Positions 48,656-60,084 of a DNA stretch of 64,000 bases are shown in pieces. Below the pieces are notes generated by a model, which worked only from the letters and a program-made list of their open reading frames with translations, was not told the DNA's origin and searched no databases. The DNA is from Mobula birostris. Its lineage: Eukaryota. The stretch spans positions 97,983,604 to 98,047,603 of the forward strand of contig NC_092383.1 in NCBI RefSeq assembly GCF_030028105.1. Reading direction: 5' to 3'. A program made the position numbers and the translations under genes. Every line of letters starts with the position of its first letter. The stretch's first letter is position 1.

Positions 48656-51390
48656 CTATTCTGATGTTCTTTTGGCAGGTATTGGCTGCTCCCCAGCTCT
48701 GACAAAGGCAATGGTTTGTTTGGAGGGTCGGGACCGCTTCGCCCACTCAATTCCTGCACTAATGGCTTCAGCGATGGTCTTCAGGACCTGATCATGCCTC
48801 CATCGGTACTGTCCCTCACCAAGTGCCCTTGCGCAGCCGCTGAGGATGTGCTCCAGAGTTCCTCGCTTGGAGCACAGTGGGCATGCAGATGACTCTGCCT
48901 TCCCCATGTGGGCAGGTTTGATGGGCTTGGAAGCACATCGTACACTGTCTGTATGAGAAATTGGATGCAGTGTGGTTCGGCTTCCCAAAGCTCAGCCCAA
49001 TTCACTTTCCGCTCAACCGCATTCTCCCATCTTGTCCAAGCTCCCTGTTGCTTTATTCCCACCGCCTTGCAAGCTCTCATCTCCACCACTACTGCTCTCA
49101 CCTCCTCCTGAACTAGACAACGCCTTTCCTTCCCTCTGGTGTCCATTTGGGGAGTTGGAAAGGATCCTAGCCCAGCTCGGCCTCATGTGACCATTCCCAC
49201 CAGCCTCCTGTGACACAGCCTCGCCTCTGCCTCCTGAACAGATTCCTCTGCCCTCCACTTCCTGCCAGTCCTCACTTGGATCCCTGCTCTGGCCACCTTC
49301 GGGTCACTTGAGTCCCTATACTGTAGCACTTCTCTGGCTCTTGTTACCTTGAATTCTTCCTCCAAGGATTTGAAGGGCAATTGCGGTTTGTTGTGGTGTC
49401 CATAGAGTGCGATGCTGCTCAGGCTCTTTGGCAGCCCCAGCCATCTCCTGAGGTGGTTGCTAACCCTCCTCTCTAAGGTTTCGACTGTCGAGATTGAAAC
49501 TGTATAGAAGAGGAGGGGCCACAAGATTCTGGGAAGAATGCCATGCTGATACACTCAGGCTTTAAACTTCCCAGGTAGACCAGACTTGTCCACAGATTTC
49601 AGCCAGCCATCCAACTCAGTGCAAGTCGCCTGGATGGATGTCGTGTCCCTTAAAGAGCTGTCAAACACTTTGCCTAAGCTGTTGACTGGCTCTTCTGTGA
49701 TGGTTGGGATGGCTGTGCCTGCGATGCTGAACCGGAACTTGTTCTTCACCTTCCCTTTCCTCAGCACCATCGATCTTGATTTGGCAGGTTTGAAATGCAT
49801 CCGGGCCCACTCCACCAGCTTTTCGAGCCCTTGCAGAATCCTCCGGCAGCCTGGGACTGATTCTGTGGTGACTGTGAGGTCATCCATGAATGCCCTGAGA
49901 GGTGGTTGTCGTTGAGCGGAATTCATTCTGAGCCCTCTGCACTCTGGTTCAGCAGACTTAGTGAGCATATTCACGGCTAGGGAGAGCAGTGTCACTGAGA
50001 TAGTGCACCCTGTGATGATGCCGATCTCCACCTTGTGCCAGGTTGATGTAATTGCTCCTGAAGAGACCCTCAGCCTGAAGTTGCAGTAATAATCAGCGAT
50101 AAGGTCTCTGATTCTGCTGGGGACGTGATATTTGGTCAGTGTGAGCTGCACCAGCTTGTGCGGAATAGAGCCATATGCATTTGCCAGGTCGAGCCACAAC
50201 ACTGTCAGGTTGCCCTTGTTCTCTCTGGCCTCCCTGATGAGCTGTGTCACCACACCGATGTGCTCCAGACAGCCCGGCATCCCTGAAATGCCACCCTTCT
50301 GGACTGATGTATCAATATAGGTGTTCTTTGCTAGGTAGGTGCACAGCTGGTTAGAAATGGCACTGAAGAAGATCTTCGCCTCGACACACAGCAGGGAGAT
50401 GAAACGAAACTGGTCTATCTGGGTGGCATTTTCCTCCTTCGGGATCTACACCCCTTCAGCTACTCTCCACTGTCTTGGGATATTTCCCCTTCTCCAGAAG
50501 ATTCTCAGGATCTTCCGCAGATGCAGCAGGAGTTTGGGGCAGTTCTTGTACACTTTTTACGAGGTGTTGCTTGGTCCTGGAGCCGAGCTTGCCCTTGCTT
50601 TGCGGACGACCTCTCTGACTTCCTTTAGTTGCAGCTCTGACATGTCGAACTGCACCTCCAGTTCAGGTGGGTCTATTAGGATGTTGCACTCTCCCAACTC
50701 CTGCTCTCTTTCAGGATCATTATATATCTTCTTCAGATGTTGGTCTATGTCTTCCTGCGAACAGGCCAGTTTCCCACTGCGCTTCTCCCCCAGCAACTCC
50801 TTAGTGAACTCGAAGGGGTTGGCGATAAAGGCAGCACGTTTTTGGGCCCTTTCACGACGCCGCCTCTGATGCCACTCTGCCCGGCGGAGGACCCCGATCT
50901 TCTTTCGTAGTATGCACATCAGCTGGGCCAAGCCAATGCGCTCCTCTTCTCCTGCCTCCTTGTATTGGGACTTCAGCGCTTTCATCTCCTGCCTGATGTT
51001 GTGGATCCTCAACGCTCTTTGGTTCTTCGAGTAAGGTGTATTGGAGCCTTCCTTCTCCTCTTCTCCGAACCGTTCCGCTGCAATGCTGACAATGACTGTT
51101 GTCATGGCTTGCAGCTTCCTATCGACCCCTCCCTTCACCATTGCCTCCGGAATTTGGTTGACATCTTCATCACCTGTCCCTACACCTCCTCTCTTGCCAC
51201 AATTCAGGGCCCCAAACAGTCCTTCCAGGTGAGGCAACACTTCACTTGTGAGTCTTGCTGGGGTCATCTATTGCATCTGGTGCTCCCGGTGCGGCCTCCT
51301 CTACATCAGTGAAACCTGACGCAGATTGGGGGACTGCTTCATCGAACACCTCTGCTCCGTCCCCACAACAGACAGGATCTCCCGGTAGCC
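48656..51390 (-). mobile_element. RLE-type non-LTR retrotransposon (R2 superfamily, HERO-like), truncated and frameshifted
   Basis: RT motifs WLDLANAYGSIPH, GIITGCTIS, AFMDDLT. C-terminal CPLC..TLEHILSGC zinc knuckle and WRHD motif. The PD-(D/E)xK core is missing, cut by the Rex insertion. Confidence 0.85.
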
Positions 51391-52874
51391 ACCCAGTTCA
51401 ACTCTGCTTCACATTCCCATTCAGATATGTCCATACATGGCCTCCTCTACTGCCATGATGAGGCTAAACTCAGGTTGGAGGAGCAACACCTCATATACCG
51501 TCTAGGTAGTCTCCAGCCCCTTGATATGAATATAGAATTCTCCAACTTCCAGTAATTCCCGCCCCCTCACTTCCCCTATCCAAATTTCACTCTGCCCCCA
51601 CCTTCAGCTGCCTATCACCTCCCTCATGGTTCCGCCTCCCTCTACTACCCATTGTGTTTCCCCTATTCCTTCTTCACCTTTCCTGCCTATCCCCTCCCTG
51701 CTTCCCCTCCCCTGCCCCTTTATCTTTCCCCTTACTGGTTTTTCACCTGGAATCTACCAGCCTTCTCCTTCCCACCCTCCCCCCACCTTCTTTATAGGGC
51801 CTCTGCCCCTTCCCTCTTCAATCTTGATGAAGGGTTCCGGCCTGAAACATTGACTCATCGTTTCCACGGATGCTGCCCGACCTGCTGAGTTCCTTCAGCG
51901 TGTTGTGAGTGTTGCTTTGACCCCAGCATCTGCAAAATATTTTGTGTTTACTCATAGTCATTCGTTCGTTGCCTGGTTCTGATCCCATTGTGTCTGTCCG
52001 ACGGGGGTGCTCATCCTCCACCCCCCCCACCTCTCGGGCACCCCTGGGGGTATCATTCCCTTCGATTCATCGAGCTTTTGTGGGGGTCCTCCTCTCAGAG
52101 GACACAGATTGGGTTGCCAGCCCGTTCTGCCCCAATTATTGTGAAAGTGATATTACTGTCAGAGTGAGTCAGGAACCATATTGGTGTGTGTGAGTGTGCA
52201 GTTGTGTCCGTGTACTGTGTCACTCACTGGGACACTATATTCAGTGTAATGAATACACAGGGTCTCACTCACCACAGACCAGCATGAAGACTGAGGAATC
52301 AACACCTTGCTGAGCTCAGACCTCAGTCTGGGGAATAAACAAGCAGTGCCTTCTGAAAATGGGATCCCTGAACATGACAGACCAGCACTTTGACCTGGGG
52401 ATAGGGAGGGATCTGTTTAACTGACCCACAGATATAGACTGTTCAGCCCATCGACCAGTCCCTCCCACCAGATCAGCCTATCTCCCGTTCCCTGTTCCCC
52501 ATCTGCTCAGCTCCTCCAGCATCGGAGTCACGGGGTTCCCCATTGGCAGTTCGATGCTTCACAGCCTCTGGTCCAGTCTCCGGGGATGTGGTGAGTGTGT
52601 CCTCCAGACTCACACTGACTCAGCCTCCCTACACTGGGACCGTGAGCCCAGCTCTGGACATGGGCAGTCAGTGGGTTCAGTAAACATGGGAACACACAGG
52701 ATCTGCCCTCACCCATTAATTGGGGTGTTTCAGGGACCGGTAAAACCCCCTCCCCTGCCGTCCCCCACCGCGGTGTCTCACTCACCGTACACCTCTAGGA
52801 TCTGCCCTCACCCATTAACTGGGGGTGTTTCAGGAACTGATGAAGCCCGAGCCCCTCTGCAGTGTCTCACTCAC

Positions 52875-53195
52875 CGTACACCTCCAGTCGCATTCTGTTC
52901 TGAGTCTGTGCTCGTGAACTTGCTGTAACAGTCACCTCATAATCACCAGTGTCCTCTCTCTGTAGATCACGGATTTCCAGACTGAAGCTCCCGGGATGAA
53001 GAGTTATCCGTCGCTTGTACTCCTCAGATCCATAATAGTCACTGATCTTGTTTGCATAGGTCACTATCTTCACCCTGGGTGACATCCGTCTCCACACAAG
53101 CTGAGCAATGTCCGGTCCAACTGGGATCCCAGGATGTAAGGAGACCGACAGTCCCCGAGTTCCGTTCACAGTGGTCGGGGAATCCCCAGTCCCAG
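52875..53195 (-). CDS. IgV-type exon (CD2/SLAM/CEACAM-N-like, no cysteine), V3
   Basis: Acceptor ctcctcttgtctcctcag, donor G|gtgagt. 321 nt, phase 1-1, open. Motifs VNGTRG.SVSL, LVWRR, KRRITL..FSLEIRDLQREDTGDYEVTV. Confidence 0.88.
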
Positions 53196-53552
53196 CTGAG
53201 GAGACAAGAGGAGACAGTCAGCAGGTGAATTCAGTAACGGTAGAATCAGAGCCGGGAGAATCACAGTTACAGGAGCAGGCCATGCGGCCCATCATCTGAT
53301 TCCCGACCCTGAGAGAAACCCGGCACACAGTTCCTACATCACACAGTGAGCCCACCGGGGGAACAGAGTGAAGACACTCCACACCCAGCCCTGAGGAAGG
53401 GAGTTGCAGCCTGCAGCCAGATATCGATTGTCATGACAGGGAGGCAGAGACATGGCAAATGGGCTCCAGTCTGGAGAAAAGGTTTGTAGTGTTTGGAGAG
53501 AGTGAAGACAATGAGGGAATACGGGAAATCACCGACTACACTGTCCGTTCAC

Positions 53553-53574
53553 CCACTCCCAGTGCACAGGTCAT
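53553..53574 (-). CDS. Candidate leader exon end (..SFILY MTCALGV, phase 1) for V3
   Basis: Donor G|gtgaac. Hydrophobic frame continues into AGTGDSP. True start uncertain. Confidence 0.35.
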
Positions 53575-54189
53575 GTACAGAATGAAGCTCGTCCACACTG
53601 TGCTTCTGCAGAGGTCGACCGGCGGGCACTGGTCCTCTCGGCTGATCCTGACAACTGGTTCTTCACAGTGACGTTGTTGGATTAAGGTCTACAATTTTTA
53701 TTTTTTAATTGTCCTTTTTCTTGTGGTTTTAGCTTTGTTTGTTTGAGTTTATATTTGAATTATCACCTGTTTGTCAACTTTTAGTAAATGTGGTATCTTT
53801 GGTTCTAGCTTCCTGTGGGGGGAGAGGAAAGAGAACTGGCTGGAAGATGGTGGGTGGTCAGGTGGCTGGGGAAAGATAAAGATGAGAAAATCTGAAGATG
53901 CTGGAAATCCGAACAACACTCACAAAATGCTGGAGGAACTCAGAATCCCAGGCAGTATCTATAGAAAAGAGTGAACAGTCGATGTTTCGGGCCGAGACCC
54001 TTCATCAGAGAAAGGAAAGGGGCTGGAGAAGAAGGTATCTGATAGGAGAGAACAGAGGGTAATGGGAGAAGGGGAAGAGGACGGGCATTTCTGTTTCAAA
54101 GGGACATCATTGTGTTTTGAGGCTGTGCCCTGTGGTCAAAGGCACACCCCCCATTTGAAACATCCTCTCCAAGTCCATCTGTTTCGGTC

Positions 54190-54830
54190 TTTCAATATTC
54201 AGAATCAGAATCAGGTTTATTATCACCGGCATGGGTCGTAAAATTAGTTAACTTAGCAGCAGCAGTTCAATGCAGTACGTAATATAGAAGGAGAAGAAAA
54301 ACAAGTAAAATAATAATAATAAATAAGTGAATTAATTTACGTATATCTATATAGAATAGATTTAAATAGTGCAAAAACAGAAATAAATATATTTTAAAAA
54401 GTAAGGTAGTGCTCACTGGTTCAATGTCCATTTAGGAATCGGATGGCAGAGGGGAAGAAGCTGTTCTTGAATCGCTGAGTGTGTGCCTTCAGGCGTCTAT
54501 ACCTCCTGCCTGATGGTAACAGCGAGAAAAGGGCATGCCCTAGGTGTTGGAGGGCCTTAATACTGGACGCTGCCTTTCTGAGACCCCGCTCCTTGAAAAT
54601 GTCCTGGGTACTTTGTAGGCTAGTGCCCAAGATGGAGCTGACTAAATTTACAATTTACAATCCTTTGCAGCTTCTTTCAATAGGTTTCAATGATATTCCA
54701 CCACACAACCCCTTGTCATTCTCCAAATCTACAGGCCCAGAGCAATCAATTATTAACTCTTTCATCTTCTTGGGCCCTTACCTCGCAAAGAAGCGTAGGC
54801 TATCAATGAACTCCCATCTCCATCACCCTC
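54190..54830 (-). mobile_element. Rex/L2-like LINE 3' fragment (paralog 60040-60085 + 61450-62030)
   Basis: HALFSLLPSGRRYRRLKAHTQRFKNSFFPSAIRFLN. Confidence 0.8.
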
Positions 54831-54949
54831 TATGCTGAGCCAGATCTCAAGGTTGGACCAGGCGTGTCCGCATCATCTAACTTCAGCCTCAACATCTCTC
54901 CCCTATGTGTTTACCAAATAAAGCTTCCAAAGAAAGGTGAGTTTTGAAC

Positions 54950-55450
54950 CTTTGAGAACAATGGAATATTTCTCTCTATGTCAACTTCATCACTACAACA
55001 AAACCTTCGATACTTAGACACAAACACCGTATGGAAACTGATGGAACATTATGGAATATCACAGAAATTTGTCAATATCTTTAGGAACTCTACAACATGT
55101 CATGCAAAGTCATACATGTGGGAAAACTGGCAGAAAGCTTCAATATCAACACTGGGGTGGAGCTGGAATGTTTGGGTCCTTTCCTGTTCCTGTTGGCAAC
55201 AAACTAGATAATGAAACAGACAACAAGTGAAAAATGAAATGGATCCAGTGGATTCTGTGGCAGCAACTTGATCACTAAGAGTTTGCAGACAACATCACTC
55301 TACTGTTTAGTTCGAACCAACAGATGCAAGAGAAATCAGCACTCTTGACTGCTAACTCCACCACGTTGGCTCTGAGACCAAACGGAGATGAAACAGAAGA
55401 GATAAAGATAAACTGCACCAGCAACAGACCCATAGGGATGAGAGATACAA
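54950..55450 (+). mobile_element. RTE-clade LINE RT fragment
   Basis: TVWKLMEHYGISQKFVNIFRNS motif. Confidence 0.6.
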
Positions 55451-56601
55451 CCCTGGAAGAACCCTTTCATTGCCGAGATAATTCTCATGGCTAGGGTTAA
55501 ATTCAGGGATTTCTGGGTTGCATGGCTCAAAGTCCCGGAAGGGACTATTCCCTGCTGTATCTCAAATAAAAAGTCTCTAATACCAGAGATGGTTCCTTTA
55601 AAGTGACAGGGGTAAATTCAAAGGAGAAGTGTGGGGCAAGTTTTTCTTCACACAGAGAGTGGGGGTGGGAGCCTGAAATGGGCTGTCTGGAGTGGTGGTA
55701 GAGGCAAAGGCCAGAGAGACTTTTGAGAGGCTGTCACATACACACATGAATGTCTAGAGAATAAAGGCATATGGAACATGAACAGTCAGAAGGGATTAGC
55801 TTAACTGGGTTCCATTAGCAATGAGTTTGGCAGCACATCATGAGCTGAGGAGCTGTTCCTGTGATGTTTCATTCCCCACGTTCTGACGTTCTCCTCACTC
55901 CAATGGGACCCGTTAAACCTGGGGTGGAGGAGATTTCTCAGACAGACGTTGCTGAGTGAGATTATTGTGAATGTGATATTACTGTTAGAGTGAGTCAGGA
56001 ACCATATTGCTGTGTGTGAGTGTGCTGTTGTGTCCGTGTACTGTGTCACTCACTGGGACACTAATTTCAGTGTAATGAATACACAGGGTCTCACTCAACA
56101 CAGCACAGCATGAAGGCTGAGGAATAAACACCTTGCTGAGCTCAGACCTCAGTTTGGAGAATTAACAAGCAGTGCCTTCTGAAAATGGGATCCCTAAACA
56201 TGACAGACCAGGCCTTTGACCTGGGGATACAGAGGGATCTGTTGAACTGACCCACAGATAAAGACTGTTTGGCCCATCCACCAGCCCCTCCCACACTTTC
56301 GGCCCATCTCCCAATCCCGCACACCATCTGCTTATCTCCTCCAGCCTCAGAGTCATGAGGTTCCCCATTAACAGTTTGATGCTTCACAGCCTCTGGTCCA
56401 GTCTCCGGGGATGTGGTGAGTGTGTCCTCCAGACTCACACTGACTCAGCCTCACTACACTGGGACCATGAGCCCAGCTCTGGACACGGGCAGTCAGTGGG
56501 GCTCAGTAAACAGGGGAACACACAGGATCTGCCCTCAGCCAGTAATTAGGGGTGTTTCAGGAACCGGTGAAGCCCGAGCCCCTCCACAGCACCTCACTCA
56601 C

Positions 56602-56904
56602 CATACATCTCCAGTCGCATTTTGTTCTGAGTCTGTGTTCCTGAACTTGATGTAACAGTCACCTTATAATCACCAAAGTCCTCTCTCTGTAGATCACGGA
56701 TTTCCAGACTGAAGTTCCCGGGATGAAGAGTTATCCGTTGCTTGTACTCCTCAGGACCGAAGTAGGAAATGACTCCATTTGCATATTCTGCTATTGTGGT
56801 TCTGTCTCTTCTCCACACCACCTGAGAAACGTCCAGCCCGCCTGTGATCCCAGCAGGTAGGAAGACCAACTGTCCCCAAGCTCTTGTCACGGTCCCCATT
56901 CACT
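56602..56904 (-). pseudogene. IgV-type exon V2 with in-frame TGA as second codon
   Basis: Canonical cag acceptor (56907-56905) and G|gtgagt donor, 303 nt. Reads (x)AG TGA ATG GGG ACC.. then an open V domain (VVWRR..KQRITL..DLQREDFGDYKVTV). Confidence 0.75.
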
Positions 56905-57611
56905 CTGAGGAGACAAGAAGAGGCAGTCAGCCGGTGAGTTCAGTGACTGGAGCGGATCGGAGTGGGGGGGGAGGGGTTTGGGAGGATGTTTCCCCCTCCT
57001 GTATGATCTAAAACGAGGGCACAGTTTCAGAATAAGGGACCATAATTTCAGACAGATATGAGGAAGGATTTCTCCTCTCTAAGGTTCAGGAATCGATGGA
57101 ATTTTCTTCCCCAGAGAGTTGTGGAGGCTGAGTCACTGTATTCAAGGTTCAGACAGAGTTTTGATCTGGAGAGGATTTGGGGAGAGGGTGGAAATAGGCA
57201 GGAAAGTAGAGCTGAGATCAGGGTCAGACCAACCCTGATTTCAGTGAGTGGGGAATAGGTTCTAGGTTGGCCAAAGGCCTCCAACAGACTGTCGGTGTTG
57301 TGGATGGTGCAGGGGAGCGCCAATGGATGCAATTGGACATGGATCAAATGCAGACATGGGTGGGGAAACGTGGCTGCATGTTGATCGGGGGGGGGGTAAA
57401 GAAGGGATTTTACATGCTTGTCCTCATCAGTCGAGGCACTGAGTTCAACAGTCAGGAAGTTATGCTACATCTTTAAAAATTCTGATCAAGCTACATCTGG
57501 AGTATTCCACTGGACTAATTTGGGCTGTTTCCTCTGAGTGTCGGAGCTGATACAAGCTTATGACATTTATAAGGACACAGATGAAGTAGACAGATAGTAT
57601 TTTTTTCCCAG

Positions 57612-57900
57612 GGGTGGCACGAATGGGTAGTGGTTAGCACAACACTTTACAGTACCAGTGAACCAGACTGAATTCCCGCTGCCCATAAGGAGTTCGTACA
57701 TTCTCCCCGTGTCCACGTGGGATTCCCCTGTGTGCTCTGGTTTCCTCCCACAGTCCAAGGACATATCAATAGCATGGTTAATTGGTCATTATAAATTGTC
57801 CTGTGATTAGGCTGGGTTACGATCGTGGGATTGCTGGGCAGTGTGGTTCAAATCCCGGAAGGGACTATTCCCTGCTGTATCTTGATAAAATTTTTAAAAA
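57612..57900 (+). mobile_element. tRNA-derived SINE, V-SINE/HE1-like
   Basis: ggtagtggttagcacaac head; ctccccgtg..gtttcctcccacagtccaagga core. Confidence 0.75.
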
Positions 57901-58733
57901 ATCAAATAAGAGGAGTCCAATACCAGAGATTGTGCATTTACAGTGACAGGGGTAAATTCAAAGGAGATGTGCAGGGCAAGTTTTTCTTCACACACAGAGT
58001 GGTGGGAGCCTGAAATGGGCTTTCAGGAGTGGTGGTAGAGGCAAAGGCAAACCTGTTAAACCTGGGGTGGAGGAGATTTCTCAGACAGACGTTGCTGTGT
58101 GAGATTATTGTGAATGTGATATTACTGTTAGAGTGAATCAGGAACCATACTGCTGTGTGTGAGTGTGCTGTTGTGTCCGTGTACTGTGTCACTCACTGGG
58201 ACACTACATTCAGTGTAATGAACAGACAGGGTCTCACTCAGCACAGCACAGCATGAAGGCTGAGGAATAAACACCTTGCTGAGCTCAGACCTCAGTCTGG
58301 GGAATTAACAAGCAGTGCCTTCTGAAAATGGGATCCCTGAACATGACAGACCAGGCCTTTGACCTGGGGATACAGAGGGATTTGTTTAACTGACCCACAG
58401 ATATAGACTGTTTAGCCCGTCCACCAGTCCCTTCCACCATGTTAGCCTATCTCCCGTTCCCTGTTCCCCATCTGCTCATCTCCTCCAGCCTCGGAGTCAC
58501 GAGGTTCCCCATTGGCAGTTTGATGCTTCACAGTCTCTGGTCCAGTCTCCGGGGATGTGGTGAGTGTGTCCTCCAGACTCACACTGACTCAGCCTCACTA
58601 CACTGGGACCGTGAGCCCAGCTCTGGACACAGGCAGTCAGTGGGGTTCAGTAAGCAGGGGAACACACCGGATCATTAATTGGGGTGTTTCAGGAACTAAT
58701 GAAACCCGGGCCCCTCCGCAGCATCTCACTCAC

Positions 58734-59054
58734 CGTACACCTCCAGTCGCATTTTGTTCTGAGTCTGTGCTCCTGAACTTGCTGTAACAGTCACCTCATA
58801 ATCATCAGAGTCCTCTCTCTGTAGATCATGGATTTCCAGACTGAAGCTCCCGGGATGAAGAGTTATCCGTCGCTTGTATTCCTCAGATCCGTAATAGTCA
58901 CTGATCTTGTTTGAATATGTCACTATCTTCAACCTGGGTGACAACCGTCTCCACACAAGCTCAGCAACGTCCGGTCCGATTGGGATCCCAGGATGTAAGG
59001 AGACCGACTGTCCCCGAGTTCCGTTCACAGTGGTCGGGGAATCCCCAGTCCCAG
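58734..59054 (-). CDS. IgV-type exon (CD2/SLAM/CEACAM-N-like, no cysteine), V1
   Basis: Same splice sites as V3. 321 nt, phase 1-1, open. Confidence 0.88.
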
Positions 59055-59411
59055 CTGAGGAGACAAGAGGAGACAGTCAGCAGGTGAATTCAGTAACTGT
59101 AGAATCAGAGCCGGGAGGATCACAGTTACAGGAGCAGGCCATGCGGCCCATCATCTGGCTCCTGACCCTGAGAGAGACCCGGCACACAGTTCCTACATCA
59201 CACAGTGAGCCCACCGGGGGAACAGAGTGAAGACACTCCACACCCGGCCCTGAGGAAGGGAGTTGCAGCCTGCAGCCAGATATCGATTGTCATGACAGGG
59301 AGGCAGAGACATGGCAAATGGGCTCCAGTCTGGAGAAAAGGTTTGTAGTGTTTGGAGAGAGTGAAGACAATGAGGGAATACGGGAAATCACCGACTACAC
59401 TGTCCCTTCAC

Positions 59412-59433
59412 CCACTCCCAGTGCACAGGTCAT
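59412..59433 (-). CDS. Candidate leader exon end (MTCALGV, phase 1) for V1
   Basis: Donor G|gtgaaggg, conserved with unit 1. True start uncertain. Confidence 0.35.
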
Positions 59434-60084
59434 GTACAGAATGAAGCTCGTCCACACTGTGCTTCTGCAGAGGTCGACCGTGGTACTGGTCCTCTCGGCT
59501 GACCCTGACCACTGGTTCTTCACGGTGACGTTGTCGGATTAAGGTCTACAATTTTTATTTTTTAATTGTCCTTTTTCTTGTGGTTTTAGTTTTGTTTGTT
59601 TGAGTTTATGTTTGAATTATCACCTGCTTGTTAACTTTTAGTAAATATCGTGTGTTTGCTTCTAGTTTTCTCTGGGGGGAGGAGAAGGAGAACTGGCTGG
59701 AAGATGGTGGATGAAGTCAAGTAGGTGGGGAATGGTAAAGATGAGAAAATATGCAAGTGCTGGAAATCCAAGCAACACACACAAAATGCTGGAGGAATTC
59801 AGCAGGCCAGGCAGCCTCTATGGAAAAGAGTAAACAGTTGTTGTTTTGGAAAGAGTCCCCTCACCGGAGAATGGAAAAGGGCTAGAGAGAAGGTATCTGA
59901 TTGGAGAGAACAAAGGGCAATGGGAGAAAGGGAACAAGGAGGGGCAATTATGTTTCAGTTATGTTTTGAGGCTGTGCCCTGTGGTCAAGGACACCTCCAC
60001 TACAGGGAACTTCCTCTACACGTCCATCTGTCTGAGTCTTTTAATATTCAAAATCAGAATCAGAATCAGGTTTATTATCATTAC

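Larger units (their letters stand above)
52150..54830 (-). repeat. Tandem unit 1 (leader + IgV cassette), paralogous to 58060-62030 and partly to 55560-56960
   Basis: Near-identical intron, exon and flanking Rex-like blocks. Confidence 0.9.

Noticed and set aside
53971-54010. Additional hammerhead-like motifs (also ~12925, ~27610, ~30635, ~33490, ~39145-39210, ~51825)
   Set aside because: The core or stems are mutated, so these are degenerate Penelope-repeat copies and were not called as ribozymes.
58450-58630. Putative exon after each V exon (..gtccag|AGCTGGGCTC..)
   Set aside because: The phase-1 frame hits TGA within 14 codons, candidate donors are not conserved across the three units, and there is no IgC motif.
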